64,000 nucleotides of DNA from Bacteroidia bacterium (GTDB lineage: Bacteria; Bacteroidota; Bacteroidia; NS11-12g; UBA9320), in the NCBI GenBank assembly GCA_965216465.1, contig CBDCFW010000005.1:576001-640000 (forward strand). Reading direction: 5' to 3'. Positions 40,177 to 49,575 of the stretch are shown here, in pieces; position 1 is the first letter of the stretch, and each line of letters opens with the position of its first letter. The notes under the pieces are model-generated. The model ran no database searches. It worked only from the letters and a program-made list of their open reading frames with translations, and was not told the origin of the DNA. The translations under genes were made by a program, and so were the position numbers.

Positions 40177-41202
40177 CTACCGATGCCTTCTTACAAACTC
40201 CCCCAATTCAGACGTGAAATTATACGACTCAGATACAAAAGGATGATGAATGGTTCTATTGTAAAGCGTATATGTCTTTTGAGTTGAACCCATCTCTTGA
40301 AATCCGTGCAAACCTCCTGCAGGGGGAACACTAAAATCGTATTGCCCGTATGCAAACAGCGATGGAAGGGTAATGCTTTCAATTTCTGTCATTACCGTAT
40401 AGTTCTGCTCTCTAACAAAATTCTCTGGTCGATTGAACAAATGCATGGCCTGCCACGTAATGGGATTGTTCTTGATAATCGTTTGATAGAGTCTTTCGGC
40501 ACTTCCTCCTTCGCCAATTTCGCCATCCTCTTCAATTAAAACATAGGCAATCTTCATTTGCTCGAATACTATTTCATATGCATCGTCGCTATCAATATCG
40601 GTGTCTTCTAATACACTTTGAATGGCCTCCCATTGCTCAACATTTTTTCCTTTATTGATTTGCTGTGTCGCTGTTTGATACAACAGCTCCATTCTATCTC
40701 CTAGCACAGTTGGCATATGCAATAAGCCATCGACATTTATCCAACCGTTTATTTGCGATTGAAATTCGGTATCAGTTAAAGCCTTAGCGGTAATTAACCC
40801 CCCCAGGCTATGCCCCATCAAGAATAAACTAATGTCATCCCCGTACTTGTGTTTTAACACTTTTGCTAGTGCTTTTACATCAGAAGCCATCAACTCAATT
40901 ATATCATCTGATTTTGAGTAATGTCCTTGAGCCATACTGTGTCCACGTGAATCGAAATAGGCAACTACATATTCGCTTTCAATTCTATTTATGAAATCTT
41001 CATTACGATACGACAATCCAAAGCTCCCTGCTCCATGAATTGCCATGATATATGTTTTCTTTTCCGAATTACCATGCACATACACCGGCATATCGGCTCC
41101 TTGGTGACGTACATAAATCGTTTCATCCAATGTTCCATTTAAGGATTCTTTAGTGCAGGAGGTCACAGCAATGAGAATTAATATGATGATAAAGCGATTC
41201 AT
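40177..41202 (-). CDS. Alpha/beta-hydrolase lipoprotein
   Basis: Lipobox VTSC, IHGAG, FDSRGHS, GHSLGG nucleophile, GQYD, HHPF. Confidence 0.88.
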   Translation of the reverse strand: MNRFIIILILIAVTSCTKESLNGTLDETIYVRHQGADMPVYVHGNSEKKTYIMAIHGAGSFGLSYRNEDFINRIESEYVVAYFDSRGHSMAQGHYSKSDDIIELMASDVKALAKVLKHKYGDDISLFLMGHSLGGLITAKALTDTEFQSQINGWINVDGLLHMPTVLGDRMELLYQTATQQINKGKNVEQWEAIQSVLEDTDIDSDDAYEIVFEQMKIAYVLIEEDGEIGEGGSAERLYQTIIKNNPITWQAMHLFNRPENFVREQNYTVMTEIESITLPSLFAYGQYDFSVPPAGGLHGFQEMGSTQKTYTLYNRTIHHPFVSESYNFTSELGEFVRRHR

Positions 41203-41786
41203 TTAGTGTTAATCTTAAAGTGATATCCTAATTCAATATTGACCAAGGGTACAATTGCTCGGCTGTATGGGTAAAGGGCAGTGACATTTACACGTGCATG
41301 CCAGCCATTGTCTGGCTTCTTTTTATTTACGCGTCCAATACCCGCACTTGCACTCGAAGCCAGATAAAATCTACCAGGGAGAAACACTTTATTAATTTCT
41401 CCATCTTCATCAACCTTGTACGTTTCGGGAAGAAATGATCTGTATACACCCATGGGTTCTAGCGACGAAGAAATATTAAACCGATTGGGATAAAGCTTCT
41501 TTTTTGACCAGCCTGCAGTTATAAAAACTCCGGTATGTGCTCCGTTGTCACGGTAGCCATTAAGGCTAGCCGAATAGGATTTCAGAATTTCTAAGTCTTT
41601 ACCTTTTTTCGTTTTGGTGAACTGATCTTTGGGACTTTCAACACCCAACCTCATGCCTTCATTCCAAAGATTGTTTCCAAAATAGCTGATGGTATAGCTG
41701 AGTTCTTCTTTGTTAATTTCAAGGAATCTTTGCGCAAAGCCATAGGAGCTAAGAATAATTAGAATCAAAAGTTGAGCGATACGCAT
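41199..41786 (-). CDS. Small putative outer-membrane beta-barrel protein
   Basis: Signal peptide, amphipathic strands, terminal NIELGYHF; ATGA overlap with the hydrolase; own TACATTTG at 41791-41798. Confidence 0.6.
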   Translation of the reverse strand: MRIAQLLILIILSSYGFAQRFLEINKEELSYTISYFGNNLWNEGMRLGVESPKDQFTKTKKGKDLEILKSYSASLNGYRDNGAHTGVFITAGWSKKKLYPNRFNISSSLEPMGVYRSFLPETYKVDEDGEINKVFLPGRFYLASSASAGIGRVNKKKPDNGWHARVNVTALYPYSRAIVPLVNIELGYHFKINTK

Positions 41787-41824
41787 TCAACAAATGTACA
41801 GGAATAACCGATTTATCGGTCGAC

Positions 41825-44248
41825 CTAAAAATTCACCTTATAGTACAGAATTGGCAAGAATGCCAATTGTGGTTGTTCAATCAATCGTTTTGTGCCTGGT
41901 TTATCTGGATTGTTCGCATAAACTACGGTCAACAGATTTTCATGGTTGGTAACATTAACTAGATCCAATGCTATTTCGTGGCTCGCTTTCTTTCCATTGA
42001 TTACGTAACCAAACTTCACATCCCATCTGAAATAAGCTGGAAATTGCAAGCTGTTTCTTTCGCTGTCGATGAAGTGAACATTTATACCATCTTCAATTGT
42101 CTTAGCTGAATCTACCGGTGAATGACGTCTGCCCCCACCGTAGGTTAATTTTGTACCGAATTGAAGAACATTCTTTCCGTTTGGACCTACTTCCTTTTCA
42201 TATCCGCCCAGTATGTTAACGATATAGTTACCATTGAAATCTGTGTTGCGGGTTACTCCATCCTTGCCTTCATACTTTGAATCAAAAAGTGATGCACTGG
42301 TTAAAAAGAAGAAGTTTTTGCTAAAGAATTTCTCTAAGGTCAACTCTGTTCCGTAATTTGTTCCTGTACCGGTATTTTCAAGCACCCCAGGAAAAAACCG
42401 AACAAATCCACTTCCTTGATTGATTAAGCTAAACGACCCTCCACTTGCCTCAACGGGAATATTAAATAGTCGTTGATAGTACGCCTCAATCTTCATTCGA
42501 AACATCTTACTGAGCACAAGATCGTATGCCCCAACAAAGTGATGACTTTTGCTTAATCCTAAATCTTCGTTATGGGTATCAATAGTCGGATTGGTTGGAT
42601 TTACCGCACTGTCAGACATGAGTGTGTAGTAAATATAATTAGGCTGGGTTCTACTATGAAGTCCATAAGCAACACTTGCACTAGACTTTTCATTTATGGT
42701 ATACTTGAAGCCCAAGCGAGGTTCGACGGCCACTTCATTATTCTTCGAAAAGTACAAGGTATGCAAACCGCTGTTCATCACTAAGCGGCTATTAATTCTG
42801 TATTTGTGACTCACATAGGCTCTTGCCATGGCATACTGGTCATTTGCATCCAAACGAGTCACCCAATTTTCGACATATTCATTGGTTGAGCTATCTTCAT
42901 ATCGAACTTGAAACAAGTCTCCTATCACACCAAATTTCAAACGATTTCGAGCGTTGAATTTTTTGTTCATACTCCAGTGGATGGCAGTTTTGCCTTCATA
43001 CATCTTATATGCTTGCACGGGGTAAATAGAATCTAGAATTAAGTTGTCGCTCAGTGCAGCTACAGAATCCCACACCAAAAACTCATGTATTGAATTAATT
43101 TGTTGTGCGGACTGTGCAATGGTCAACTTGCTTGCCCATTCATTCTCAAAAAACTTCTTGTGGGTTACACCTACCGTGAAGGTATTTGTTGTAAAATATT
43201 GATCACGATCGTTTAGACCGTATAAGTCATTAGTTGGAACAGTATCGTCGGAAAACACGATATCGATGTTCGAAAGCCCTCCTACTCCCCAGACATCTAA
43301 TGAAGCTTTATTCTTCATAGGAAAATGCAGTTTAAAAGAAGCGTCTTGATACTGCGGAACGGCATCGGTTCCCAACTTAAAATCGATGGCTTCAAATGCC
43401 GCAAATGTTGAATATCGATAAGCCGCTAAATAGGTCGAACCCTTCTTTTTATTGATTGGACCTTCACTCATTAGCTCAAGGCCGAAGACCCCAATTTGAG
43501 CAGTGTGCTCATGTCTATCTCTGTTTCCGTTACGCATTCGAATGTCAAACACCCCACTAAGTGCATTGCCATACTCTCCGCTGAATGCTCCTGTCATAAA
43601 ATCAGAATGACTAATGGTTTTGTTGTTTAGGATAGAAATAGGTCCGCCAGATGATCCAGCAATTGCATAGTGGCTTGGGTTAGGGATATCAATGCCTTCG
43701 AAACGCCATAGTAATCCAAGAGGTGAATTTCCTCTTACTACGATGTCATTTCTACTGTCGTCTGTACCTTGAACCCCGGCGTAATTACTCACCATTCTCG
43801 CAGGGTCTTGACGACTGGCTGGATAGCGTTCTGCTTCTTCGGCATTAAACGTTCTGCTGCTCAAGGTAGCCATGTCGTTGTACGAACCAATTCTTTTTGT
43901 GCCACTTACCACAACAGAACCTATCTCTGCTGACTTTTCAACCATCTCAAGAGGAACGTACGTTTCTTTTCCGCTATAGACCGCAATATTATCTAAGCTT
44001 AAATCTTCATAACCCACATATGTTGCTGTTATTGCATACTTTCCTATTGTTAAACCTTCTATTTTAAAATAGCCTTGCTCATCGGATATAGCATTTTTTA
44101 CAGTCTCTCCTTTTAGAGCGATAACCACACCAACCAGAGGTGTTTTTGAGTCGGTATCTAACACACGACCCTTTAAATTTTGCAAGGTTTGTGCCGGGCT
44201 AGAAATCGTGAAAAAGAAAAGAAGAAGAACAGGTAATATTTGTTTCAT
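41825..44248 (-). CDS. TonB-dependent receptor, paralogue of 37667..40081
   Basis: DPARMVSNYAGV, NDIVVRGNSP, EGIDIPNPSHY, EYGNALSGVFD, terminal YKVNF; TAAATTTG at 44266-44273. Confidence 0.9.
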   Translation of the reverse strand: MKQILPVLLLFFFTISSPAQTLQNLKGRVLDTDSKTPLVGVVIALKGETVKNAISDEQGYFKIEGLTIGKYAITATYVGYEDLSLDNIAVYSGKETYVPLEMVEKSAEIGSVVVSGTKRIGSYNDMATLSSRTFNAEEAERYPASRQDPARMVSNYAGVQGTDDSRNDIVVRGNSPLGLLWRFEGIDIPNPSHYAIAGSSGGPISILNNKTISHSDFMTGAFSGEYGNALSGVFDIRMRNGNRDRHEHTAQIGVFGLELMSEGPINKKKGSTYLAAYRYSTFAAFEAIDFKLGTDAVPQYQDASFKLHFPMKNKASLDVWGVGGLSNIDIVFSDDTVPTNDLYGLNDRDQYFTTNTFTVGVTHKKFFENEWASKLTIAQSAQQINSIHEFLVWDSVAALSDNLILDSIYPVQAYKMYEGKTAIHWSMNKKFNARNRLKFGVIGDLFQVRYEDSSTNEYVENWVTRLDANDQYAMARAYVSHKYRINSRLVMNSGLHTLYFSKNNEVAVEPRLGFKYTINEKSSASVAYGLHSRTQPNYIYYTLMSDSAVNPTNPTIDTHNEDLGLSKSHHFVGAYDLVLSKMFRMKIEAYYQRLFNIPVEASGGSFSLINQGSGFVRFFPGVLENTGTGTNYGTELTLEKFFSKNFFFLTSASLFDSKYEGKDGVTRNTDFNGNYIVNILGGYEKEVGPNGKNVLQFGTKLTYGGGRRHSPVDSAKTIEDGINVHFIDSERNSLQFPAYFRWDVKFGYVINGKKASHEIALDLVNVTNHENLLTVVYANNPDKPGTKRLIEQPQLAFLPILYYKVNF

Positions 44249-44770
44249 ATCGTTGTTGGTTTAAACAAATTTAGATTTTATTTACAAATGCTGAAATAGA
44301 CGAGTTTATCAGAGAATCTTTGGCGGACCGTCCTTTGCAGCTATAGCAAAGAGTCTCATCTCTACCAAATAAATCACTCATAACATCCTGATATTTAAAC
44401 AACTATGGCCCTTACCCCCTAAATACATCTATGCATAAACTCAACAAGGCTGCAAATTTTAGACTAAGAATCTGATGGATGCATATTTTTCGATTGCAAG
44501 TAGTAAATCTCTTACGTTGTAAACTCCGCCGTTGAAATCTGACTGTTCCTCCTTCTTACTTAATTAATCAATTAGCAATTTTCATTAAGCCTTTCTCACC
44601 CAATTCAATCTCTAAGAAAATTTAACAATTTCCACAACAAGTTCTGAATAATACTAATGTGAATGTCGCCTAAAATATTTCCTTATATTTGAGACACATA
44701 GAACTCTGAAGTCTAGGTAGTAGACATTACTATCAAGACAGTAATTTCAATTTAGACCAACCTTATTATT

Positions 44771-47700
44771 ATGAAAATCAATATTCTCTTTACCTTGCTT
44801 CTACTATCTTATCATTCATTTGGTCAACTTCCAGAGATTTTAAAATACCATCATTTTTCATCATTCTCTGAAAATCAAATTGATTTAATTTCTAACAATT
44901 GGGACGAGTTTTTTTTACAGGACATATCAGATTCTTTTGACTCAAAGGTTGATTTAAATCCACTTTTTGTTGATAGCTATGGATGCATTTACCCAGATTT
45001 CAAGCTGTTTACAGGGCTTAAACGCAAAGATTTTTTAAGAGGTAATTCAGTCCCTGATGTTAGACAACCGAAATACTCTTTGTATCAATTTATGAGTATC
45101 CCCAAGGTGAGAAAACAGTTTAAAGCAAATTTACTTATATATGAGGAAAACGAATCTATAAGAAACCAATATCTAAATATACTATCCCTTTTTGACCACC
45201 CCAATTTTATAAAGTACTCAAGAATCAAAGATATTTGTGGATATGAAGGTCATTTATGCCAGGTGGACTACCAAACTCAAAAATTTAATGAGGCTTGGAG
45301 GCTATTGCATGAAGGAATGTGGATGGAGAAATTAAATCAAAATTTCAGCAACTCAAATAAACAGTACAGTCACATTCAATTCTTCATTCATGGATTTAAC
45401 GTACCGCAAAGTCTGGCAACTTTGCAGGCTCTGGCAGTAAACACACACCTCGATTCTATGACCAAAGTTTCAGAGACTGGCATTTCCTATTTAGACAGCA
45501 CCCTTGTGGTTCCAATATACTGGCCTTCAAACAACAAAAAGAAGTTCTCGGTACCAAGTCAAACTAGGCTTCAAAAGATTCACAACGATTATTGCGGAGA
45601 GAAACGAAATCGAAAAATCCGGAGAGAACTAAACAAATTTACTATTGCTAATAAAGCCTCAATATTCAATGGGGGCATTAACAATATGCGCAAGTTTACC
45701 CGCTATTCACAACATGCACTAGAAGTTTCATTTCTTCTTCGAAGGATACTTAACGACTTAGATGACAGCATATCTGTTTCAATTTTTGCTCATAGTTTTG
45801 GAACCGTAGCAGCAACTAGTTCTGTAATAAACACAGTCTCAAGATTGCAGGGGTCGACACGAAAAAACACTATATACTTTAACAATCATGATTCTCTAGA
45901 CTGGGAAAGCAAATCGTTAACAAACTTAAGGGACCTAAATTTAACGAGATACTGCTTTGAACAATTTAAAAAATACCCAATTCCATCGAGAAGTGTGTCA
46001 GTTTACCTAAGTGCTCCGGCAATCCCTGGTCAAAACACTTTCAATGATATGTCTGCAAATAAGGATCTATATCAGAATAAGAAATTTTATGTAAGTGCAA
46101 ATCTACTTGACCCCATGTTAAATAAATCTATGATAAATATCTTGCACTATGTAAACTTAACTAATGCTATAAAGAAGGGTTCAACTACTTTTGGGAGTAA
46201 TTTTGAAGGTGAATTAGATAGTGTTGTTAATATTTTTCAAGATCTTGGCATCCCTGAAAATATTAGTTATGAAAAAATATATTTAAAGGATCATGATATT
46301 TTCTTGTATTTGGAGGACAAGAATTACATTTCTTTAACTAAGCAATTCTTAAGATTACAAAGTGATCCTATAATAGATACTTTTGAACTATTTAAACAAG
46401 AATACAAGAAAATTTATGATGAAAATTTTGCTTCTTCAGACGATCGATTAAGGAAAATTTTTCGAAATGTTAACTACAGGGAAAGGAATATAGTAGGCGA
46501 ACCTCTAAAGACCTTAATTTTTGACGTGGAAAGAAGAAGCAAGACGTTTTACAGTAATCAAATCTCGAACGAAACTCGCAGATTACTGTCTTATGTTAAA
46601 GAACCTTATGTCCTGGTTTTGTTGGAAAGATCGATTAACGATAATGAATCTCAATTCATAAACAACGATAGCACAAATCTTATCTTCTTTAGATCTAAAA
46701 TTTTAGATGAAACCAGCAGGTTTATCCATCTCTCTATGACCGAAGAGTATCCTTACTATACGTACAAAAGCAAATTAAAAAACCCTATAAACTTTTTCTC
46801 ATTTCGAACAGGAAATGACCTTTTTGCCACGCTATGGTCAGCAAATTATGACCGTGACTATACTGGCAATATGCTTCTTGAGATTGGAACCGACTATTTA
46901 AATACATATAGGCGAAGACCAATCAAATCTTATCAAACCGTACTTTGGGGTTTTGATGTCTACACACCTCATTTTACTGATACTGAGAAGTTTACAGACT
47001 TCGACAGTTATGACAGTTTAGACCGACCTCATGCTTCATTTCAGTATATTGGTTGGAGTAAAAAATGTCTTTCGAAATACAATAAATTACGCTGGAGTAC
47101 AACCATAAAATTAGGAAAAATTGGTGGAAGAATTGGAGAAACTTTTCAAACTCTATCTCATCAGGATATTTCTAAAAGTTTAAGACCAAAAGGATGGGAT
47201 GCACAGATTGCAAATGGTGGAAGACTGGGTTTCTCTTTTGAAACAAAGCATGAATACCAATTTAGTCTTAACAAAGATGCGAAATCCAGAAGTGGGCTGG
47301 ACAAATTTTATACCGGACCTATATTTGAAATGAAATTTGGATCTTACATGACAAATGCAGGAATTGGCTGGCAATTAGGAAATAAGTCTTTTAAAGATTG
47401 TAATCACAACTACATTACTCACAGAACAAAACATGCTACAAGGCATTGGCTAGAAAACTTCAGATACAATCTATCATTTACAGGCATCTATGTACAACAC
47501 AATTCGATGCTCCAGGGCTATGGATTTATTGATACTTCATTCGCTGTCGTTGATGACATACACACTCCAAATAGCAAGTATGTTTTACAAAATCATCAAG
47601 TTCGACGTTTTATTTGGAACGGCAAAGTTTCGGTGTCATATACGGCCATGCATTTTACTTTTTTTACAAATGCTCTATTTCTTAGTCCGGAAACAAAGTT

Positions 47701-47803
47701 AGGTAATCTAAGGAATGAAACTTATCGAAACAGTCCGAATATAGATATAGGAAAAAGAGTTCACAATTTTGTAGAAATAGGAGTCACATTTAATGTAAAG
47801 TAA
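44771..47803 (+). CDS. Fusion of a DUF900-like alpha/beta hydrolase and an LpxR/DUF2219 lipid A deacylase-type beta-barrel
   Basis: Signal peptide; FIHGFN, IYWPS, FAHSFG; C-terminal GNDLF, DRDYTG, DRPHAS, QTLSH, KGWDAQIAN, EIGVTFN. Confidence 0.75.
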   Translation: MKINILFTLLLLSYHSFGQLPEILKYHHFSSFSENQIDLISNNWDEFFLQDISDSFDSKVDLNPLFVDSYGCIYPDFKLFTGLKRKDFLRGNSVPDVRQPKYSLYQFMSIPKVRKQFKANLLIYEENESIRNQYLNILSLFDHPNFIKYSRIKDICGYEGHLCQVDYQTQKFNEAWRLLHEGMWMEKLNQNFSNSNKQYSHIQFFIHGFNVPQSLATLQALAVNTHLDSMTKVSETGISYLDSTLVVPIYWPSNNKKKFSVPSQTRLQKIHNDYCGEKRNRKIRRELNKFTIANKASIFNGGINNMRKFTRYSQHALEVSFLLRRILNDLDDSISVSIFAHSFGTVAATSSVINTVSRLQGSTRKNTIYFNNHDSLDWESKSLTNLRDLNLTRYCFEQFKKYPIPSRSVSVYLSAPAIPGQNTFNDMSANKDLYQNKKFYVSANLLDPMLNKSMINILHYVNLTNAIKKGSTTFGSNFEGELDSVVNIFQDLGIPENISYEKIYLKDHDIFLYLEDKNYISLTKQFLRLQSDPIIDTFELFKQEYKKIYDENFASSDDRLRKIFRNVNYRERNIVGEPLKTLIFDVERRSKTFYSNQISNETRRLLSYVKEPYVLVLLERSINDNESQFINNDSTNLIFFRSKILDETSRFIHLSMTEEYPYYTYKSKLKNPINFFSFRTGNDLFATLWSANYDRDYTGNMLLEIGTDYLNTYRRRPIKSYQTVLWGFDVYTPHFTDTEKFTDFDSYDSLDRPHASFQYIGWSKKCLSKYNKLRWSTTIKLGKIGGRIGETFQTLSHQDISKSLRPKGWDAQIANGGRLGFSFETKHEYQFSLNKDAKSRSGLDKFYTGPIFEMKFGSYMTNAGIGWQLGNKSFKDCNHNYITHRTKHATRHWLENFRYNLSFTGIYVQHNSMLQGYGFIDTSFAVVDDIHTPNSKYVLQNHQVRRFIWNGKVSVSYTAMHFTFFTNALFLSPETKLGNLRNETYRNSPNIDIGKRVHNFVEIGVTFNVK

Positions 47804-47946
47804 TAAGAGCAAATTTGGAATAGTGATTTACAACAAACCGATTCGATTCTTAAGCCCTTAGATTCTCCTATCATACACTTATGATAATTGTTTTAATCTT
47901 GGATCTCAGATAGAATTTTGTAAGTATATCCTCTATCTCGATACCT

Positions 47947-49287
47947 CTACTCCTTAACCAAGGTCTTCACTCCAACACCACCCTCAGTCGACACTTTTAT
48001 AAAATACAACCCTGAAGGCAAGTCGCTGATGTCTACCAGCATTTCACTTAATTTCTTATCAATAAGTACTTTGCCCGTTGATTCTAAAACTTGAAGGGTG
48101 GCCTCTCCTTTTAAGTCTTCGAGACCCATAATTTGCACTTGATTTTGTGCTGGATTAGGAACAAGATTCATACGATATCCATAGTCAAGCGTAAATGTCC
48201 CTGCCTTTGGATTGTAAATCTCTACATCTTCAATAATGCCACCTCCTACAGATGCACCTCCAATTATATAGAGCTGATTATTATGCACTTCAATTCTGTG
48301 GTTCATTCTATCGAAAAACATATTTAGAGTGCTCCATTCTCCAGTTGGGATATCGTATACATCGATCTGCAATGTAGACGATGTATAGCCAAATTTCCCC
48401 ATATCAAAGTTCCCGCCTCCAACAAAATAGAGTTTGTCGTCAATGGCACAGCCCAATGCCCCATAACGAGCAGTGACCATATGGGTAGTATCCCAGGTGC
48501 TGCCATCGTAAATATCAACTACCGAAGCTAATCCTTCACCTCCTGTTCCTCCTCCTGCAAAATAAAACTTACCTTCGTGGTAAACCGCACTCGGGAAGCT
48601 TCTCGCAACAGATAGCGAATCAATGGTCCAAGTTGCCTGGTTCACATTGTAGATTTCTATAATCTTTTCTGGATGACTTAACGTTTCTTGTCCTCCTGCA
48701 AAAAATATCAAACTATCGTTGTGTGCCACACCCATAGAGCTTCTCGGAACGCTCAAACTATCTTTAGACCAGGTGTCCGTTTCTTCATCGTAAATAAAAA
48801 TGTACTTACTTGAAATTACTTCATTGGTTGCAAACGTATATTTCTCTAATCCACCTGTAAAAATGACCTTAGACCCAACTACTACGCCGGCTGATAGCGT
48901 TATGTTCTTTCCTAGATCATGAGAAGACCAGGTTCCAGAATTAAAGTTAAATATCTCAACCGTACGAAGACCAACAACGGGCGAAGCCCAAGATTGGTTC
49001 CCTCCAACAACGTACATTGCTTTATTAGTCACTGCAGATCCAGCAAAGATTCTACCATCATTCATAGTCAACTCTCCAACCCAGATTCCTACCACAGGAT
49101 CATAAATCTGCACCTTTTCTGAGGATCCATTTCCATTGTTGCCACCAATAACGTAGATGCTATCGCCATGAGTAAATGTAGATAGTTGTACTACTGGAGT
49201 TTGCAAAATGGTATAGTCCCATTGAGCCAATCCAGCAAACGAAAAAATTAGAAAAAGTGTAGTTAATAGGGGTAATTTCAGTTTCAT
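47947..49287 (-). CDS. Kelch-repeat beta-propeller protein with type A T9SS CTD
   Basis: Repeated IYVIGG / MYVVGG / FYFAGG...IYD motifs; LVPNPA...SGLYFIKV; start MKLKLPLL at 49287. Confidence 0.9.
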   Translation of the reverse strand: MKLKLPLLTTLFLIFSFAGLAQWDYTILQTPVVQLSTFTHGDSIYVIGGNNGNGSSEKVQIYDPVVGIWVGELTMNDGRIFAGSAVTNKAMYVVGGNQSWASPVVGLRTVEIFNFNSGTWSSHDLGKNITLSAGVVVGSKVIFTGGLEKYTFATNEVISSKYIFIYDEETDTWSKDSLSVPRSSMGVAHNDSLIFFAGGQETLSHPEKIIEIYNVNQATWTIDSLSVARSFPSAVYHEGKFYFAGGGTGGEGLASVVDIYDGSTWDTTHMVTARYGALGCAIDDKLYFVGGGNFDMGKFGYTSSTLQIDVYDIPTGEWSTLNMFFDRMNHRIEVHNNQLYIIGGASVGGGIIEDVEIYNPKAGTFTLDYGYRMNLVPNPAQNQVQIMGLEDLKGEATLQVLESTGKVLIDKKLSEMLVDISDLPSGLYFIKVSTEGGVGVKTLVKE

Positions 49288-49497
49288 ATCGGTTAGGTAA
49301 GTACTGCAATATACAAAAAACACCCATCGTCTAGTTGTTATAAGAATCATCATAAAGCTATACACAACAAGAAAAAATGGAATAGCTAAATACTTAAAGG
49401 ATATCAAAAGATCATGTTTATTTTTTTTATCATACGGGACTCAAATATGAAGAATAATTCAGCTAACATTCAGATTAGCAGCATGTTATTAACAAAA

Positions 49498-49568
49498 GTC
49501 AAAAAGCATCAAAAACCATCAAAAACCGCCTAAAAAATTCAGCTACTTGCTTGCATTCTTTAAGTTTG
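49498..49568 (+). promoter_or_regulatory. Triple TCAAAAA direct repeat (10-bp period) plus -7 element of the kinase gene
   Basis: TCAAAAA at 49499, 49509 and 49519; TAAGTTTG at 49561-49568. Confidence 0.6.
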
Positions 49569-49575
49569 TGAATTA

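Noticed and set aside
44290-44640. Hairpin near 44312-44357 as a possible riboswitch for the TonB receptor, and protein-like minus-strand fragments
   Set aside because: The hairpin lies upstream of the receptor's -7 element and lacks cobalamin or TPP consensus; the fragments are too short to assign to a pseudogene.
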